Shown here: piece after piece, positions 36,750 to 48,734 of the stretch
Layout: every line of letters begins with the position of its first letter
Position numbering within the stretch: the stretch's first letter is position 1
Assembly (NCBI RefSeq): GCF_006345805.1
Contig: NC_042998.1
Location: 205,344,001 to 205,408,000 of the forward strand
From: Octopus sinensis
Taxonomy: Eukaryota
Length of the DNA stretch: 64,000 bases
Reading direction: 5' to 3'
Notes under the pieces: model-generated
The model's input: the letters and a program-made list of their open reading frames with translations, nothing else
What the model was told of the DNA's origin: nothing
The model's database searches: none
Made by a program: the position numbers and the translations under genes

Positions 36750-36979
36750 ATATTGAAGAGGGTTTCTTGCCCTGGTTAATGCAGAATGTTAACCAAGAAG
36801 TGAATAACAGCAAACTGATCTGCAGAATCGCCGATTCCATGATCGATCACGTGATCAAGGAGAGAAATCTAGCTTTTGTGAGATTAGGAGAACGCCTTAA
36901 GCAGGAGAAAGAGTTGGCGAAAATACCACCGGAACCATCTGGAACAGAGTTAGAGGAAGATCAGATTGAAGAGAGTGAG
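36750..36979 (+). CDS. RSPH3: RSPH3 coding exon 6
   Basis: ttcttcag|AT completes the D codon; DIEEGFLPWLMQNVNQEV...IADSMIDHVIKER...EESE. Strong donor GAG|gtaagt; read-through would instead stop at 37132. Confidence 0.9.
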
Positions 36980-37907
36980 GTAAGTAGAGAATTTGGTCAG
37001 AGCAATTCCATCGGTGGGGATATTTTCACATCTAATCTTGTACTGTCATGTTCTCTTAAACTACATAACTACGTGGAAATGAGTCGACTGGAGGGCTATG
37101 GTTGGAATGTTTTTTATTATAGTTCTACTTAATCTGGGTCTGACCTGGAGCTAAACAACAACAACACCAACAAACAACAGCTGTGTGTGTGTGTATTCAT
37201 TCATGTATGTATATTTATAAGTGTGTCAATGTACTCTCTACAAGTATTATATACACATGCACACACATACATATTTATATATCACAATGTAACGGCAGTG
37301 AATATATACAGTTTGATATTATACATGGAGCAAACATTAACTAATATAGAACTCAATACTTGCGCTAATGATCAGTCAGTGGCAAGATCAAACTCAGGGA
37401 GACTGTCATGTTTGGATGTAGTGACGTGTGGTGTATTACAGGTATATAACTGGTCAGAATGTTACCTTATGTTCCACAGCGTTATAGTGGGGCCTGGGAG
37501 AAGATAGGTTGGGAAACACTTCATTAGGGAGTCTTGTCCTTGATGTATAAAAACACAGCCACCCACAGTTGAAAGACTTTCTTCATAGATTTGCACAGAA
37601 ATTTAGTCTCAGATCTTTGTAGACATTTATCTTCTTTATCCTTAAAATGGAGATGCTTTTGCTAAATTCTAAAATCTTTCACAATTCTGTCTCAAAGTAT
37701 TTAGTCACAGCAGATTTTCATAGCAGATGGAATATCTATCCAGTTCCTGTAATTCCCAATCATAGAAATAAAAATATAAAACTCCTGTGGCATAATCCAA
37801 TTTTTAGGTTAAATGTTAGATCGAATATGGTCATTAAGTTTCTTAAGTGAATCATTTCATTTTAATTGGAATGTAGATATCAGAACACCTTACAAAATTA
37901 TTAATTG

Positions 37908-38278
37908 TAAATCTCACAATGAGAGAGATATTCAGCAACAGTACTTTGGAGTAAAGACTGTTTGCCAACATAACATGGCAGACCTGGTTTAGGACGAATG
38001 TTGCTGTAATTTAGCCCCAGAAGACATCGTCTCCAGCTGGCTATACAACATGATCTGTGTCCTTATATTTTCGAACAAGGGAATCTAGCACCCCTACTCA
38101 GCCCAAAACAATATCTGTGTATTGCGATTTCCAGGTTGTTTCCCTTCATCAGCACAGAATAATTGTTTGGCTAGAGGTGTCACTGCCAAATTCCTGTTTG
38201 AAATATATGGTTATCAAAGTGACAACTACTCACTGATCTATAAATTAGAAAATTACTATTTTTAAATCTCACAATGAG
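37908..38278 (-). mobile_element. About 355-bp hammerhead-bearing dispersed repeat bounded by a 16-bp direct repeat
   Basis: TAAATCTCACAATGAG occurs at 37908-37923 and 38263-38278; a truncated second copy lies at 22789-22957. Confidence 0.6.
38115..38157 (-). ncRNA. Minimal type I hammerhead ribozyme motif
   Basis: Reverse complement reads CTGTG-CTGATGA-AGGGAAACAACCTG-GAAA-TCGCAA-TA-CACAG: 5-bp stem I, intact core, short imperfect stem II, 2-bp stem III, AUA triplet. Confidence 0.6.
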
Positions 38279-38339
38279 GGAATGCCTTATTTACATTATT
38301 TACATTTGATGGATATTTGTCCTTATCTTGTTTGTTGTT

Positions 38340-38385
38340 AACACAACATTTCAGCTGATATACCCTCCAGCTTTCATCAGGTGTC
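38340..38385 (-). ncRNA. Minimal type I hammerhead ribozyme motif of a PLE pseudo-LTR
   Basis: Reverse complement reads GACAC-CTGATGA-AAGCTG(GAGGGTATAT)CAGCT-GAAA-TG-TT-GTGTT: stem I GACAC/GTGTT and stem II AGCTG/CAGCT; stem III ATGT looks like a CpG-decayed ACGT palindrome. Confidence 0.6.
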
Positions 38386-38419
38386 TTGGGAAATACCTTT
38401 CACAGAAAATTCCCTGTTG

Positions 38420-38880
38420 CCTTAATGCAAAATATATCTCTAGAATTACCGATACCAAAACTGAGAAGAGGTGTAATTGTAGAAACCCTAAAAACTGCCC
38501 TGTTAATGAAAATGTCCTTGCTGGTCCCTTCATACATGGGGCCAAGGTGGAATTGAATGATGACTCTCAACTGAAACCTTCCGTGGGGATTAGTTGAAAA
38601 TAAATGTAGAAAAGGATTTTATTTGCACAAGTCTTCGATGGTTAATCCACACAGAAGATTTTGGGGATTAAAACTAAATAATGACAATAGTTTTAATATA
38701 AAATGGTCTCTCCTTGCCTCAGTACCTGATTACAAACAAGACAACAGTAAAAAGAAAATGAATTGCCATCTTGGTTTAACTGGAAAGATTTTAGTATTAC
38801 AACACAAGAAGCAGTTGAACTCATATCTCAACATCCTGAGTATTTGTTTACATAAAGTTAAACAATTATGTAATTTCCAT
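38420..38880 (+). mobile_element. Penelope-like element GIY-YIG endonuclease relic
   Basis: KRCNCRNPKNCPVNENVLAGPFIHGAKV...SVG and ...LKLNNDNSFNIKWSLLA...CHLGLTGKILVL...LSICLHK match the PLE CNC/CP-GIY-YIG-IKW-CxLC pattern; broken by stops and frameshifts. Confidence 0.8.
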
Positions 38881-39898
38881 AAAAGAAGCAAAAAAAAAGC
38901 TGGCCTTCTGTTGGTGAAGATGGCGAGTGTTCCAGTTGATCCGATCAACAGAACAGCCTGCTCGTGAAATTGATGTGCAAGTGGCTGAGAACTCCACAGA
39001 CACACATATCCTTAATGTTGTTCTCAGAGAGATTCAGCCTGTGAAAAGACTGGCCCCTTTGAATTACTGGTACACTCATTTTTGCTAGGTGGGTGGACTG
39101 GAGCAATGTGAAATAAAGTGTCTTGCTCGAGGAAATATATGTGAAATAAATTGTCTGGCACAATCAAACTCATGACCTCACATCTTCACCACTGTAAGCC
39201 AAATATCCGAACCACCAAGCTATGCACCTTTACTTTCCATAAAGCTGACGACCTGCCATTGTACACGAGAGGTTTCTCACAGTTTCCTCTTTTATCTTTG
39301 TTTTCTGTTTAACTTTTGCATTTGGGATGTGTCATAGGCTGCTTCCAATCATCTTTCATGGTTTTAGAAATGAAAATTCCATCTGGAATGTTCTCTACAT
39401 TGGAATATTTTTCATGAAGGAATTGTGTAGCTTTCTCTTGTTTTCTTTGTTCCTTTCTTTGTAGTTTTACAAGTGAATGATATTTTGGAATTGGCCAAAG
39501 ATAGGTTCTCGGATGGAATTGTAGCAGTGTTAGTTTATTTATATATTTTTAAATAACCAAAATTTTCTTTCTTTTTTTCTTTATGGTACTGAAAACAATC
39601 GGTGATACATTTGTATCTGTTCCGATTTAGTTTTAGATGTTCGGCCAATCAGTTGCTTCTGTTGCTTCTCAGACATTCCTTTCAACCGTTTCCACTTTCT
39701 TTGTTCAGGTTTCGACTGATGATTGGAGACATGAAAAACAAAGTTCGAAAGTTTGAACTTTCAGTTTTAATAGACATAAATATGTTGTAACACTGTACAC
39801 TCAATATTGAGTGCTTTTTTTTTTGATCCGTCTTGTGTATACTCAAGTCCTTGCATTCTAGAGATTCCGTAAGACATATATAAATATATATATAGAGA

Positions 39899-40198
39899 CT
39901 AGCAGTATCGCCCGGCGTTGCTCGGGTTTGTAAGGGAAATAACTATGTAAGCATTTTTAGAGAGTTACTTCCCTTATATAATAGCAAAAAAATGCATTAA
40001 AATGGAAAAAAATGATGGTAAACTTTTTTTAAATCGTAGACTCATCGTAGATGTGCGCTAATACCCAGAAGGGCTCGATATGAATCACGACTATAAGATA
40101 CTCGCTTTTGGTTAAACTGCACCGCAAAATGTGGGCGTAGTTAGGAATCTAAATCGTAGGAGACAGACACCACACAACTTCACTTTTATATATAAAGA
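39899..40198 (-). mobile_element. Non-autonomous Helitron family A nested in the PLE relic
   Basis: Same termini as the other family A copies; an extra plus-strand 3' end fragment lies at about 40295-40313. Confidence 0.78.
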
Positions 40199-40879
40199 TA
40201 TGCCAACATATACATACACATTATTTACATTATTTACATATCCGTCCAATGTAAATAATGTAAATAATTCCTCATCTCTAAAATGAGGAATTATCGCCAG
40301 GCGATACTGCTAGTGTATATATAGAATTTTAAAATAGGCTAAAATCTTTATAAGAATTTATCAAGCATTTTGTCCAACACAAACAATCTGCCAGGTCGCC
40401 ATCACTGCCGCCGCCTTCACATTCTCCATGAATAAGAACGTATATTGATTACGCCATGACACCTCAGAATACTGAAGTGAATGACTTAGTTAAGTTAAGT
40501 AGTCAGCATGAAAAACCTCATAAGGGAAAAAATTTTAATTATTCCTTTTAAAGATGTTTTAAATCTGTTTTTAAAGATCTCACTTTAAGAGTTGCAGTTC
40601 CTTTGCATTCGGTACACTGTATTTAATATGGTAGTTTTGACTTTAAGAGTCCCTCATAGCGTGAGGCATTTATGTATGGTAATGTCCTCAATATAAATAA
40701 AAAGAAATATATATATAGTTAAAAAAAAAAAATAAAGTTGGAAAAGGCACAGAAGTTTATTTTAGAGAACGTTTGATATTTTTGTTAAAGTGAGTGATTT
40801 CAAATATAACCAGTTTCTATGGATCCAACTTACCAAATATTAAAAAGAATGTTTTTGAAAGTCAAAGAGAAAGTAAAAA

Positions 40880-41560
40880 TTGGGGGGTTTAACAGTTTGT
40901 GCCCCTATTTGAGTTCTTAGTACAGCTAAGGGTGTACCCATTGGCTCCTCTAGAGATGGCCAGGGCATCATCTCTGTAGAGACCAAAGAAGACAGAAGGG
41001 AATTTCTTAAGGACATTGAAGATATACAACCCAATGAGGTTGCATACATCAGTGCTGTCAAAGAAGCCCATGGGCTCGGTTTCCTTGACCCAGGTCGAAC
41101 CTTTATTGAACAGCACCATTTTTCTGGCATGCATTATGGCATCTATATCCTTATTACTAATGTCAGTGAAACCCCTAGCAAAGGAAAGTGCCTTGACTAG
41201 TAACCCATTTGATACAGATGGGTAAAAGTCGTCTATGTTGAACCTTGCTCTGCGTCTCCCCCCGTTGGTGCCATGCCGCAGGGAGAGGTTGGTGGCTCTC
41301 CTTATGTTGTTGTTAATGTTCATCAATATGTGTTTGCTCACCAGACTGATTTTGGATTTGGCCAGGTTGATCAGGCAGCATTGGGGGTGCAAGGTCCAGG
41401 AAAAGTTTGGTGTTTGTTAGTAATAAAGGCATTCCTTTTAGCCAATATCTCTACCCTGTCTGCTATATCCAAGTCGTTGGCTAATTGTTTGGGTTCACTG
41501 TTGATGTCGTTGTATGTGTGTGGTGACCCAGGGAACATCCTTAACTCCCGGACAGAGGTC
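40880..41560 (-). mobile_element. Penelope-like element reverse transcriptase relic
   Basis: YNDINSEPKQLANDLDIADRVEILAKRNAFIT, then CCLINLAKS...FNIDDFYPSV...HARKMVLF...PMGFFD..DVCNLIGLYI...GLYRDDAL, typical PLE RT motifs. Confidence 0.85.
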
Positions 41561-41794
41561 TTCGGACCCTGCTTGCACTTTAGGAAATTCCTGCTAGTGT
41601 CCTGGGATCCCAACAGGGTCAATTGCGAATAGAGGTCAAAGGGGACAATCCCTTGTTGTTGACAGAGTAATGAAATCTTTTCCTCTTCCATTTTCTAGAG
41701 AGGCCATAGGCCAACGGGTTTAGGGTCTGAAGAAATGCTGTAAAGCTAAGCACTTTAGGGATGTGAAGTTCAGGATAACCCCATAGACAGGCCA

Positions 41795-41890
41795 TATCTA
41801 TCCATCTATCTATCTATTTATCTATCTATCCATCTATCCATCTATCTATCAATCTACGTATCTATCTACCTATCAATCAATCTATCTATC
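41795..41890. repeat. (CTAT)n microsatellite
   Basis: Directly visible in the sequence. Confidence 0.95.
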
Positions 41891-42869
41891 TGTGTGTGTG
41901 TACACATACGCGCACACACACACAAAGCGAGGGCGAAAGAGACGAAGGGTAGGTAATGTAGTGACTTTGCTCAGATCAATCCTAAGTAATTTACTTTTGG
42001 AAAGAACACCACACACCTTTCTACTGTTGACGACAACGCTACCTTTCTCTCTTCCTCTCTCTCCAGCTTTCTATCTGCTAGTTTCATCCGTTCACACACA
42101 CACACGTACGTACATACACATACACGCACTCACACAAACATATATACACACACACAGACACACACTCCCTCATCAGGCAACTCTTTACATTTATTATGGC
42201 TTCTAAATAGCAGAAACGGGACAAAAGACCAGCCACAGCGGTTTAAGTGGTGGGAGTGGGAAGTAGTGGGAGGAAGGAGCCTACACTCACACACACACAC
42301 ACACACACATGTGTGTGTGTGTGTACTTTACTCAAATATAATTGCGTACACAATATATGTAGTGTGTGTATACAACACACACACACATCGTCTTCTTCCC
42401 CCATCGTTTCTAATTGTTCTATCATTGTGTGTGTGTGTGCCCCAAGTGGGGGGAGGGGTGAAAGGGCCACCGGAACTAGTTTGGGAAGTTAAAATATGGT
42501 AGACGGCTTGTTGCCTTGTTGCTGCCTCACACTTGAATGAACGACCAACAACCCAGGATGAATGGGGTCCACCCCGCCACCACCGTTTCCCCTTCCCCTC
42601 TCCACCACCACCTTACAGACTCCCTGACTGACTGACGGACTGGCTGCTGCCTGGTTGAGAGATTGAAACTGTTCAGCCAGGCATCGCTCTTACGGCTGTT
42701 ACGAAACGGCTTTTTCCCCAGGGAGACTCACAGCTTCTTCACTTTTTTACCGGAAAATAGAAGAAAAAAGAAACAGGCTTTGACTGTGGCAGGGGGGGGG
42801 GCCGTCTTTCTCTTCTTCTCCTCCCCGTGTTTCTTGCTGTGTGAGTTTTTGTAAGAGCAGAATGGAAGC

Positions 42870-42919
<50 letters not shown>

Positions 42920-43181
42920 AGAGAGAGGGAGGGAGAGAATTCACCAACATGAAATGAAATGTTCTCCAGAAAACAATAATATTTACAAATTACACCCTTT
43001 TTTTTTTTTACCTTTCACACCCCTGCAATCGCACTCACACACACACTATCTCCCCCCCCCCACTTTTCTCTCTCTCTCTCACACACACACTCTTTCTCTC
43101 TCACTCACACACTATCTCTCTCTCTCTCTCTCTCACACACACGCACAAACACTCTTCTTTGTCCCCTACACACACACACAC

Positions 43182-43214
<33 letters not shown>

Positions 43215-43546
43215 CGCACAAATAGACAGACGAACGGAGACAAGGTTGAGGTGAGGACAGACTAAAAGAAATACACTATTTTGTTACCCCCCCCCCCCAA
43301 ATATCCAACAACCCCCAACAACAATAACAACAACATTGGAATGAGGATCGATGAAATCTCAATAAAACAGCCGACATAAAAGACAGTATTGAGTTTCCAT
43401 TCTCAAAGAAAGAACGATCAGTCACAGTTAATATGTTAGGCACAGTACGACCAGTCTGTGTTAGACACACCAATAAATATTATTGGTCTATAGGAACAGC
43501 AATAAACCAGTTAATGATCTCACACCTTATGTATATATATATATAT

Positions 43547-43598
<52 letters not shown>

Positions 43599-44182
43599 TA
43601 TATTATATATATATATTATTAATATATATATATATATATTTATATATATACACATATATATATACCAGTTTGTATATATAGCAATAAATATGTTATTGGT
43701 CTAATGTATTAGATATACAGGGTTATGTATAGATTAATAGATCCATATTGATATATATACTCTTTTACTCTTTTACTTGTTTCAGTCATTTGAGTGCGGC
43801 CATATACAACGGCTTCTTTCAGTTTCCGTCTACCAAATCCACTCACAAGGCATTGGTCGGCCCGGGGCTATAGCAGAAGACACTTGCCCAAGGTGCCACG
43901 CAGTGGGACTGAACCCAGAACCATGTGGTTGGTAAACAAGCTACTTACCACACACCCACTCCTTCGCCTATATATATATATAATCAAAATAAGCAACAAG
44001 GATACCCAAGGTAGTGCCACCTGCAGAGGAGCCAGTGCAGCGGCACTGGCAACAACCTCACTCGAATATGTTTTCACATGTCACTGGCACAAGTGCCAGT
44101 AAGGCGACGCTGGTAACGATCACACTCAAATGGTGCCACACACACACTCACATATATATTTCATATATATATATATATATAT

Positions 44183-45310
44183 ATCATCATCATCATCATT
44201 TAATGTCCGTTTTCCATGGTAGCATGGGTTGGACGGTTCAACCGGGGTCTGGTAAGCCATGGAGGCTGCACCAGGCTCTAGTCTGATTTGGCAGTGTTTC
44301 TACAGCTGGATGCCCTTCCTAACGCCAACCACTCCGTGAGTGTAGTGGGTGGTTTTTACGTGCCACCGGCACAGGGGCCAGAGCAGGCTGGCAAACGGCC
44401 ACGATCGGTCGGTGCTTTTATGTGTCACCGACATGGATGCCAGTCAGGCGACGCTAGTATCTGGCACGTTCGGACAGTGCTCTTTACGTGTCACCGGCAC
44501 GGGTGTCTTAACTACACTTTCCATTTGAATTTTTATTTTGATGTTGACGTTGACGTACTTGACTCAACAGGTCTCCTAAAGAACAAAGGGTCACTCTACG
44601 ATCCAAGGTTAGCACAGCAGGCCGTCCTGCGAGCCATGAACTCACTTCATTTGTCGGGTCTTCACAGTCACAGCATATTTCCAGAGGTCTCGGTCTTTCG
44701 TCATAGCCTCTGTGAGGCTCAAAGTACGAAGGTCATGCTTGACCACCTCATCCCGTGTCTTCCTGGGTCTACCTCTACCTCGGATTCCTTCAACAGTTTG
44801 GGAGTGGCACTTCTTCACACATCTCTCCTCATCCATCCTTAGTACATGACCATACCAACGCAATCGTCTCTCCTGCATGCTACATCCAATGCTTCTTATG
44901 CCCAACATTTCTTTCAGGACGCTTACACTCTGTCGTGCATGGACACTGACAATACTCATCCAGCAGATCATGCTAGCTTCATTTCTTTCAAGCCTACACA
45001 TGTCCTCTGCAGTCACAGCCCATGTTTCACTGCCATGAAGCATGGCAGTTCGCACACATGCATCGTACAATCTACCTTTCACTCTGAGCGAGAAACCCTT
45101 TGTCACCAGTAGGGGAAGAAGCTTCCTAAACTTTGCCCAAGCTATTCTTATTCTAGTGGTAACACTCTCTGAGCATCCACCCCTGCTACTAACTTGGTAG
45201 GACCCAGGTAGCAGAAACTATCAACTACTTCTAGTTTCTCCCAAAGGTGTCTATTGCCCTTGTGCATCTGCCGGACACGAAAGCTATCTTCTTGGTTAAT
45301 TTTCCTTTGA
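44183..45310 (-). mobile_element. RTE-clade LINE 3' fragment, same family as 24477-26395
   Basis: GFSLRVKGRLYDACVRTAMLHGSETWA...GRGRPRK; same 3' UTR and (ATG)n tail. Confidence 0.9.
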
Positions 45311-45569
45311 TATTGCTGCATATATATATATATATATATATATAAATTAGTGTATATTTAAACGCAAAGGAGGTGAACCATAACAGGCCGCCTTACATAC
45401 TAGAAGGAACAGTCAAAAAGTCCAAACCACAGTTAAGAGCAATTTTTATTTTTCGTTTCAACTCTGAAAAGACAAAAACCACTCTGTAAAAAGGGTTTCA
45501 TAAAATTTTGTATTGAAAACATCAAAACGCCCACCTTTGGGCTTGTTTATTATTTAGAAGGTACCTTGA

Positions 45570-45945
45570 TCATGGCTGTGTGATAAGAAGTTTGCTTCAT
45601 AGCCTCATGGTTCTGGGTTTCGAACCATTGTGTAACACCTTGGGCAAGTCTTCTACTTATAGCCTTGGGCCAACCAAAGCCTTGTGAGTGGATTTGGTAG
45701 ATGGAAACTGAAAGAAGCTCATCGTGAATGTGTGTGTGTGTGTGTTTGTCCCCCACCATCGCTTGACAACTGGTATTGGTTTGTTTACGTTCCCATAACT
45801 TAGCAGTTCAGCATAAGTAATTGATAGAATAGATACCAGGCTTAATAATAAAAAAAGTATTAGGGTTGATTCATTCAACTAAAATTCTTTGAGGCGGTAC
45901 CCCAGCATGGCCGCAGTCTAATGACTGAAACAAGTAAAACGCAAA
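45570..45945 (+). mobile_element. SINE family B
   Basis: Diverged full-length copy. Confidence 0.75.
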
Positions 45946-47959
45946 AACAAAAAGAAGTTAATTACTCTAATTAATGCAAATTAGCTAATCAAGAGTAAAT
46001 TTAATTGAGGACCGGTTTAACATCTCCCCCTTATCATTATGGATAATGTGACCATGGTTGATGAAATGGTCATAGTTGGAAGGTCTACTTGATCAGAGAT
46101 AAAAAAAGAACCCAACAAAACAACAACAAGCACCTGTTAAAAGTATCTCAGACGAAATCCCGAACACAAAGTAGAAGAGATTCAGTAATATTAGAGAAGA
46201 GTTATCACCCTTTACATTCTGAGTTCAAATTCTACCAAAGTCGGCTTTTACCTTTTATCATTCAAGAAGTGAAGTTGATTCCTAAAAGCTTCCAATACAT
46301 AAATGGAATTATAATTGAAGACCAGCATTGGGGTGGTCAGTGTAGATTGGAATTGCTTCACCAAAACAGATTCCAGTCCAAGGGAATCAAAAAACAAAGA
46401 TTATTTGAATAAGGATAAGAAGAACACTGTCTTTAGTGGGAGCACTAAAATACTGATGAGTGTTTCATGCAGTGGGAGGGCTGAGTTCAACTCCAGTTAC
46501 AGCTGCAGAAGGGACAAAGTTGGACTGTAGCAAGCTGAGTTATCCCTGGTAGAATTGGGTTTAGAGGGAACTTCTACACGGTTGATTGACCTGCAGGAAA
46601 TAGCAGTCACATCTTAATAAAAAGAAGCGTATTTTGTCCTAGACATGCCAAGTCACTATAAAAACAAGATGGTCATGGTAAGATTGTCTTTACAACAACA
46701 ACAAGTGCAGACAACAGCACACAACCAGGGAACCTCTCTGTGGTTGCTCAACCTACAAGAAATAGCAGCCAGTTCTCCCTGAAATCACAAAAAGGGAAGG
46801 ATACATAGAATGATAGGTAGAATGTTTTTGATTATAGGTTCATTTGATCAAGACTGACCTGGGGTTAAACAACAACAACTACAACGAAACTATCAATGAT
46901 GCCTTCTGTGATTGAATCAATGGTGAAATGGTTAAGACGACACAATTTGGTGAAAGGGAGAGAGAGAGAGAGAGAGAGAGAGGCGGATGGACGGAGAGAG
47001 AGAGAGACTGAGGGAGAAAGAAAGAGCAGTGATGAGTAAAGTATTTCGTTATGAACACCCAACGTCGGATGAACCCTGATCCAGCAGATCTAATCAGTCG
47101 GTGGTATATTTCTGGGCCTTTTATTTTGAATGGTGAAATTACTGTTACAACATGATGATTTAAACAAACCAGAGAGACATAATTTGAGGAACGAAGAGAT
47201 TTAATTGTTATTTCTAGCATGGCAAGTGACTACATAGAAATTCCGAGATGCTCTCGTAAAAAGGTTCCGTTGCAGTGTTAAATGTAGTGGAAACCATGTG
47301 TGATCCATGGAGTATCCAGCTGAGGAAGGGTTGTCCACTACACAACCAGAACAGCAGTATTACATACATATATGAAGTGGTTTATAAATGTATAGCATCG
47401 CTGTATGTCAACATGTCAGTGTTGGTATGTGGCAGGTGTCTTGGAGCTTGTGAGAAAACATTCCCTCACCCGACCCCACAGCGAAAACATCTGTTACTGT
47501 TCGCCAGTAAGCCATCCTATGCTGTGTGGATGGATCTCTGACCATGTTGTCTTGCTTTGTAGTTAGGCCAAAGCAGCTTCTGTTATACAAACGAAAGAAA
47601 TGTAAACAGACACAGAAACACAAATCAGTCGATTTCTTAACGTACACAAAAGAATTAAGAGATTAAACTGACACAGCGCACTTCCTTTTGCCGAACTGTT
47701 AAGCAAGCATCGCAGTACCTGTATGTATGTAGGTGTGTGTGTGTGTGTGTGTGTGTATGTAGGTATGTGTGTGTGTATGTATGTAGGTGTGTGTGTGTGT
47801 ATGTGTGTGTATGTATGTGATACATGTATGCATGTGTGTATGTGTCTGTGTGTGTATAAATGCACTGTATGTATGTATGGATATATGTATATGTGTATAT
47901 ATATATATCTGTGTGTGTGTGTGTGTAACTGCTGAATATGTGGAGATGGACAAGAAACA

Positions 47960-48580
47960 ATAAATCATATTATCTCTGGCTGCCCAGTCCTGGCTAAGAA
48001 GGAATATATTCACAGACACGACAGAGTTGGAACCTACATACACTGGAAGCTATGCCAACACTTTGGAATAACAACAGAAAAAAGATGGTATAGGCACACC
48101 CCAGAAAAGGTCACAGAAAATGAGACAGCAACCATACTCTGGGATATGCCGATACACACAGGTAGATAAATTAAGGCCAATTGGCCAGTTATAGTTGTCA
48201 GAGATCACCAAGAGAAAAATGCCTTCTAATCGATGTATCGATACCAACAGATGACATTGTATCTCTAAAGAAATGGAGAAAGTCTCAAAATACAAAGATC
48301 TTGAAATAGAGGTAACTCGAATGTGGAACCTAAAAACAGAAGCAATTCCTATAAAAGTAGGTGCATTAAGTATGATTAAGAAACATTCAGACAAATCCAT
48401 AACCAAAACACCAGGACTTACAAACACATAAAACATACAGAAAAAAAAACACTGCTAGGCACTGCACACATCCTTTGTAAAGCACTTTCAATACAGTGAA
48501 AAATAAAAGCACCACTACAAACCACAGCACATACGCAAGGCACACAGAGCTGCGTTCGGTAGTACAGTGAAATAAGACTA

Positions 48581-48590
<10 letters not shown>
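47960..48590 (+). mobile_element. R4/Dong-like 3' fragment followed by a long (AAT)n/(TTA)n tract
   Basis: HNWPVIVVRD..KKCLLIDVSIP...KVSKYKDLEIEVTRMWNLKTEAIPI.VGAL...LLGTAHIL; tract from about 48584 to 48700. Confidence 0.85.
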
Positions 48591-48640
<50 letters not shown>

Positions 48641-48734
48641 TATTATTATTATTATTATATTATTATTATTATTATTATTTTTAATCATTATTATTATTTC
48701 TCCCATAGGTACAAGGCCTGAAATTTGAGGAGAG

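Noticed and set aside
47655-47722. Possible minus-strand exon YCDACLTVRQKEVRCVSLIS
   Set aside because: The acceptor comes from a microsatellite edge and no partner exons or family match were found.
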